From Podarcis liolepis (Eukaryota), in NCBI GenBank assembly GCA_965112155.1, contig OZ218111.1: DNA of 64,000 nt. One strand, written 5' to 3'. The stretch's first letter is position 1; each line of letters opens with the position of its first letter. A model generated the notes under the pieces. It worked only from the letters and a program-made list of their open reading frames with translations. It ran no database searches and was not told where the DNA came from. Positions 59,198 to 64,000 of the stretch are shown piece by piece. The translations under genes were made by a program, and so were the position numbers.

Positions 59198-61280
59198 GTG
59201 AGGTTTTTTTAATTCAGTACATTTTTATCCCCCTTTCCCTCCCTCAAATGTGCTCAGAGGTGTGGGTGTGTGCAGAGGCCTTCCCCAATCTGGTGCTCTT
59301 CAGGTGTCTGGAGTTCCCATCAGCCCAGGTGACTACTGTTTCGTAGAATTCTTCAGTGTGGTGGGAGGATATATAATTGCTTCAAAAACCCATCTTATTT
59401 CGAATGAATATATGTAAATGAAAATATCAAATGCTGTGGAACAGTGCTCATGTAATAATGAAGAATTCTACGAAAGAGTAGTCAATATCCGGAATCACTG
59501 TTCAGTGTTGGACATCATATTGGCTGAATACACAAAGCTTCACAGCTTGTCTTTCATCGTACATAGTCTGGTACCTCGCTTCATTTAAAGATTTTCAGAG
59601 ACTTTTAGACTAAAAATTTCATTTTGGACTTGTTATGGTTTGAAGGAATTCTATAAAAGATTGTCTATTGAATATGTACATGGTCATCGTGTTGCCTAGA
59701 CATTGCTGACGTTCTCTTTGCAACACAGGGGTTTGTTTGTCACCTCTGCTTTCCAGCCTATCCTCTTAAGAGCTGGCATAGGGCAGAAAGGACTGTGGCT
59801 GCACTGCCCTTGGCATCCTTTCTTCCTGTAGAAGCTGCCATGGGGACAGGATCAAGGCAGCAAGCCTGCGTTCTCTTTCCCCCAGTAGTTTCGTTGTGTT
59901 TTTTGCAAGGCTTGGCTGGGAAAGAGCTAAGAGAGTGTTGGTAGCATTCGTCGCTGCCATGCCATGGAGTCCTGTTGATTAACCAGAAGGGAGAAAAGAA
60001 AGCCACACTTCTTACTCTCCTAGAAAGCCCCACATTTGCTACAAAATTTGGGAGCAACACATCCAGCTGTTCTGACATGGGTGTGTGTTGGGGTTGATGA
60101 TTGCTGGCATTTGACTTCTTGGTGCAATCAAGCCCTAGATAAACAATAAGCCAGAGAGTTACAGAGGTGTCCTCACCACCACCTAGAGATCTTTAGAGAG
60201 GTCCCATGTTGCTCTTTGCACAACAGACAGGTTAAGCACACCATTTACATTTTCCAGTTGCTTCTTGACACCTCTCTGATAACATCGCCAGAAGCGAAGG
60301 GAGGATCTGGAGATGCTCTGAAAAAGAAAACTCTTTGTTTGTCCTAGTAGGGTTTGTTTGTTTCTTAAGGTGTTTGCTGGATCAGCAAACCATGTTCTGA
60401 CTGTGAGGCTCCTGGTGAGCTGAACAACCTGTACTCAAATAACCTTCCGTTTGGAGCTCTAGCTAGGAAATTGATTTGTTTCATTTTCTGCAGAAAACAC
60501 AATACCACATAGATGTGCTTGCTTCCGTTGTATTGATGGCACACTCCAGTTTAGGCCGCTTTCATCCTTTCAGCGTACATAGAATTGCTGTATCTTCAGA
60601 GAGGAAGAAATGAATTAGCGACAACATCTTTTTTTTCCTTTTTGGTCTTGAGAACTTTCTTGGAAATACCAGCAATCAAGACGGCTTTTCTAAGCTCTTC
60701 TGTTTATTCTGCCTTGTCACTTCGAGACACAGGATGTACCTCTTATCTCGTTTGCTTGCACTTCTTGGAAAGCCAGGGACCCTTATTCCTAGAACAGAAC
60801 TTTGATTCCTTTTGAGGCACTTCTGATTAGCTAGCAGAGTTGTTTTCTGAAGTTCAGAAACACTTTTTTTCTTCTGAGCCTTGGGCCATTCCATCCTGAT
60901 TTCCAAAGCTAATGCACTTATCTTTTAAAGCAGGCAAAGCTAGACCAGCTGTTTGAAGCTTTCTCCTTTTTAAATTTTTTTTATTCAAAATTAAAACAAA
61001 ACATGTTATCCAAAAACATATCATCCTTGTTTCTCCCCCCCCCCCATTTTTCCTCCCTCCCACACAAAACCCACCCGTCCCCACCCCCCAACTTCCCTCA
61101 GTTCCAGTCTTTGGTTTCTCTGAGACTGCTGTTTTCTGCATGTTACAAAGTTGTATAGATCCTCAAACTATTTAGCTGATGAAGCTTTCTCCTTTAATCT
61201 GTCATCTCTTTGCAGAAATAAGTGGTGGTGGTTACCTTTCCTCTTCATGCCCCAAATTTGTTCTTAAAAACAAAGGTTGC

Positions 61281-61421
61281 NNNNNNNNNNNNNNNNNNNN
61301 NNNNNNNNNNNNNNNNNNNNNNNNNNNNNNNNNNNNNNNNNNNNNNNNNNNNNNNNNNNNNNNNNNNNNNNNNNNNNNNNNNNNNNNNNNNNNNNNNNNN
61401 NNNNNNNNNNNNNNNNNNNNN
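61281..61421. other. Assembly gap (141 N) in CLEC16A intron 18
   Basis: Run of N. Confidence 1.
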
Positions 61422-62397
61422 NTAGAAAGCCACAAACCACTTCCTTCTTGTAGAGCCCTTTAGGGCTTATTGCTTTGACTAACACAGGTGAATGCTCCAG
61501 TTGCCCCCTTTCCTAAGTAAAAATGAGCCTGGCCGAGGTTATTCAGGCTCAATTTATGATGCGAGGCTTTCACCAGAAGGTTCTCGGAAACTAGAATTGG
61601 TTTCAGAGGCAACCGCCAGGCCTCTTAACTGCAGAAAAAACAAGGTTCAATTAAAGAAAACAAACAAACAGGTTCACTGGCTGCCAATGAATTTCCAGGC
61701 CAGTTCTAGATACTGCTGTTGATTTTCAGAGCCTTCTATATTATCTGGATACAGAAAGCATAAAAAACTACACTCTCCTGCAAAAAAATAGGGAACCTAC
61801 TCATAGTTATATTCCCCGGAGTCCCTGTATCGGGTCCCTTCAGCAGACCCTTCAAGTAAGCCTCCTTTTTGGCCAGATGAAATCACCATTGGGTGATTAT
61901 TTGCCGCCTCCTCTTCCACTGCTAGGGCTGCTAAAAAGAAATATTTATTTCCAGTAAAACAAAGCCAGAGTAAGGAGTGATTCTCCATTAGCCTTCACCT
62001 GGCAGGGCCTTGTCTAAGATGGGATAGCAGCAGTGCCCCATGATTCTGGTAAACGTTAGGGGGGGGTAGGAAACTAGGACGGATGGTGGTCAGGAATCCC
62101 ATTGCTCCCCATAGATTGTACAGTGGCATTAAGATCTGTGTGCTATCAGCAAGCCCCACTTGCCTAGGGAACAACTGGAAGCTCATCCGATTGTTCCTCT
62201 GGAGCCACATCCTTACTTTGCCTCTCATATGTATGGTGTCAGGTGTGGGGCAGGGGGACTTGGTATGGGGAAGATGTCCTCAGTGGCCAAATTGCCCACA
62301 GGCCAGAGGTCCCCACCCTAATCTAAGCCAGGTTTTGGTTTATTATTATTATTACCTTTAAAAAGAAAGAATCAGCTTTTCTCACTTGTGTTTTCAG

Positions 62398-62518
62398 GCA
62401 ATCAGAGTCTTCTTCATGATGCGGTCCCTGTCGTTGCACCTCCAGGATGAGCCAGAGACTCAGCTGCCGTTGACGAGGGAGGAGGACTTAATTAAAACCG
62501 ACGACGTCCTAGACTTGA
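62398..62518 (+). CDS. CLEC16A: CLEC16A exon 19
   Basis: tttcag|AIRVFFMMRSLSLHLQDEPETQLPLTREEDLIKTDDVLDL A|gtgagt. Confidence 0.97.
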
Positions 62519-63689
62519 GTGAGTAAACAGTAGCACTTGGAATGACGACAAAAGTGCATTCTCCAAAGAAAGCCATTCAAAGCCTCAGGGAGAGAAAAAT
62601 AAGGATTAACAAGACAGTGCTGAACTGGAATGCCTAGGCTTCTTGGTCCTGTTGGGGTTTGCTAAACCCCTCTTTTTCTCACTCGAAAAGGGAGAGAGGA
62701 GTTTTTGCAAGAATAACTTGAGTTCCCTGCTCTTCCAAAGACTGGGCCTTTGCAAAGCTGCCCACAATGCATAATAAGATAGATCCCTATGGTTTTCCTT
62801 TGTCCCAGAGAATGTTTGGAGCCTCCTAGATCAAGTGGTTGAGCTTAGAAGAGACTTGCAAATTTTTTTGGAGTGGGAACAAGTAAAGAATGTTGGGGGA
62901 TCTCCACATCTCCTGACTCTTCTACTCCTAGTCTCCATCTACCTCCAAGAGCTTCTGGAGGTGACCAGATTGTTGAAGGCTGCCCTATTATCATCCTGGC
63001 TGCCTAAGTTGGGTTCAGCGGTGATGCAAATGGCGAAGCAGTTCTTAAAGTGAGGGGTATCTGAGCTAGGAGAAGAGGTCTGGTTTCCCTTCACAAATGG
63101 GCAAGTAGGGGCATTTTTTATTTGTGAGGGTCTTTATCTTTGTTTTTGACGGGAGGGTTAAAAAAACCTGTTGCCAAAGTAACATTAACTGGAAGTCATG
63201 AATACCCAAAATAGCCATACGACATTCTGGTAATGCCCCGCTCTTTTGTTATGAAAATAAATTGCGTTTGCTGGGAAATCTAGAGTCCTTGTTTCCATCT
63301 TGGCACATGCAATACATATTAATAGAAAATGTCAGTCATATTTGGTATTTCAAAGAATTAATCTTACTGTAATGGTTGTTCTAGGCAGTTGAGCCTTAAG
63401 TCAATTCATCTGGCCCTCCCTTGGCCGGCGACATTGAACAAGCCCAGCTGCTCCAGCTCACTTGAATAAAACAGCGATGTAGTTGTGAGAGATCTCAGTT
63501 CCACCCGCCCCACTGCACAGGCTTCTGGAAGAGGCATTGGTACTCCCAATCAAAATAGCAGGATCTGTAGCCGCAGTGAGCATGTGCTATTCCGAGATCA
63601 AAGTCTGCTGAAAGCTAAATTCCATGGATGATGTTACTCGCACCTGGAAGCCGACCCATTGAAATTAATGGATCTAGATAACATTGTAG

Positions 63690-63960
63690 GGTAGATAACT
63701 TGAGACCAGATTACCTAAAGGGTCAGCTTGCCCCTTATATCCCCGCTAGGCAACTGCACGGCTCAGATGGGGCACTGCTGAGAGTACTGCATGTCCCAGA
63801 GGTATGCTTAGTCTGTACTAGAAATTGGTATCTTAGTGCTGCGGCTCCAGTCCTCTGGAATTGGTTACCAACTGGAATTAAACAGGTGCCCAGCATCGTG
63901 ATGTATGGATGCCTACTGAAGACTGTTTGTTTCACGTTTTTCCTGAGACGTGACCTAGTC
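63690..63960 (+). mobile_element. Old L2 ORF2 3' remnant
   Basis: PDYLKGQLAPYIPARQL...SAAAPVLWNWLP motif. Confidence 0.7.
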
Positions 63961-64000
63961 ATATATGAAATACTAAGTGTAAATCCAGACTAATGGTTTC

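Larger units (their letters stand above)
19375..62518 (+). other. CLEC16A: CLEC16A gene span, coding exons 1-19 (gene continues past the window)
   Basis: 19 exons with GT-AG boundaries and consistent phases give a 2068-nt open frame. It is collinear with recalled human CLEC16A, from MFGRSRSW to LIKTDDVLDL. Confidence 0.98.

Noticed and set aside
61179-61485. ORFs with poly-X
   Set aside because: Artefacts of the N gap. Exons 18 and 19 join in frame, so no constitutive exon needs to be hidden there.

Overview
This is eukaryotic, vertebrate DNA. The repeat content (Sauria/Squam1-type SINEs, CR1/L2 fragments, many hAT and Tc1/mariner-type MITEs) points to a squamate reptile, probably a lacertid lizard. 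The window holds the conserved CIITA-DEXI-CLEC16A locus. It contains (i) the last two coding exons of CIITA on the + strand (744-827 and 2167-2242, neither shown in the ORF track), (ii) the single-exon CDS of DEXI on the - strand (15109-15384, 91 aa), and (iii) CLEC16A coding exons 1-19 on the + strand (19375-62518, about 689 codons). CLEC16A is head-to-head with DEXI, includes a 6-nt microexon at 33892-33897, and continues past the window. Nearly all other ORFs in the track are spurious or TE-derived. There is a 141-nt N gap at 61281-61421. I see no novel multi-gene system. The best leads are regulatory: the microexon, a candidate RBFOX-flanked alternative terminal exon in CLEC16A intron 5, NMD-type architecture of the DEXI mRNA, an inverted pair of ZNF143-type motifs at the promoter whose core is also spread by MITEs, and a degenerate hammerhead-like inverted repeat. 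Comparisons with human proteins are from memory, not from a database search.
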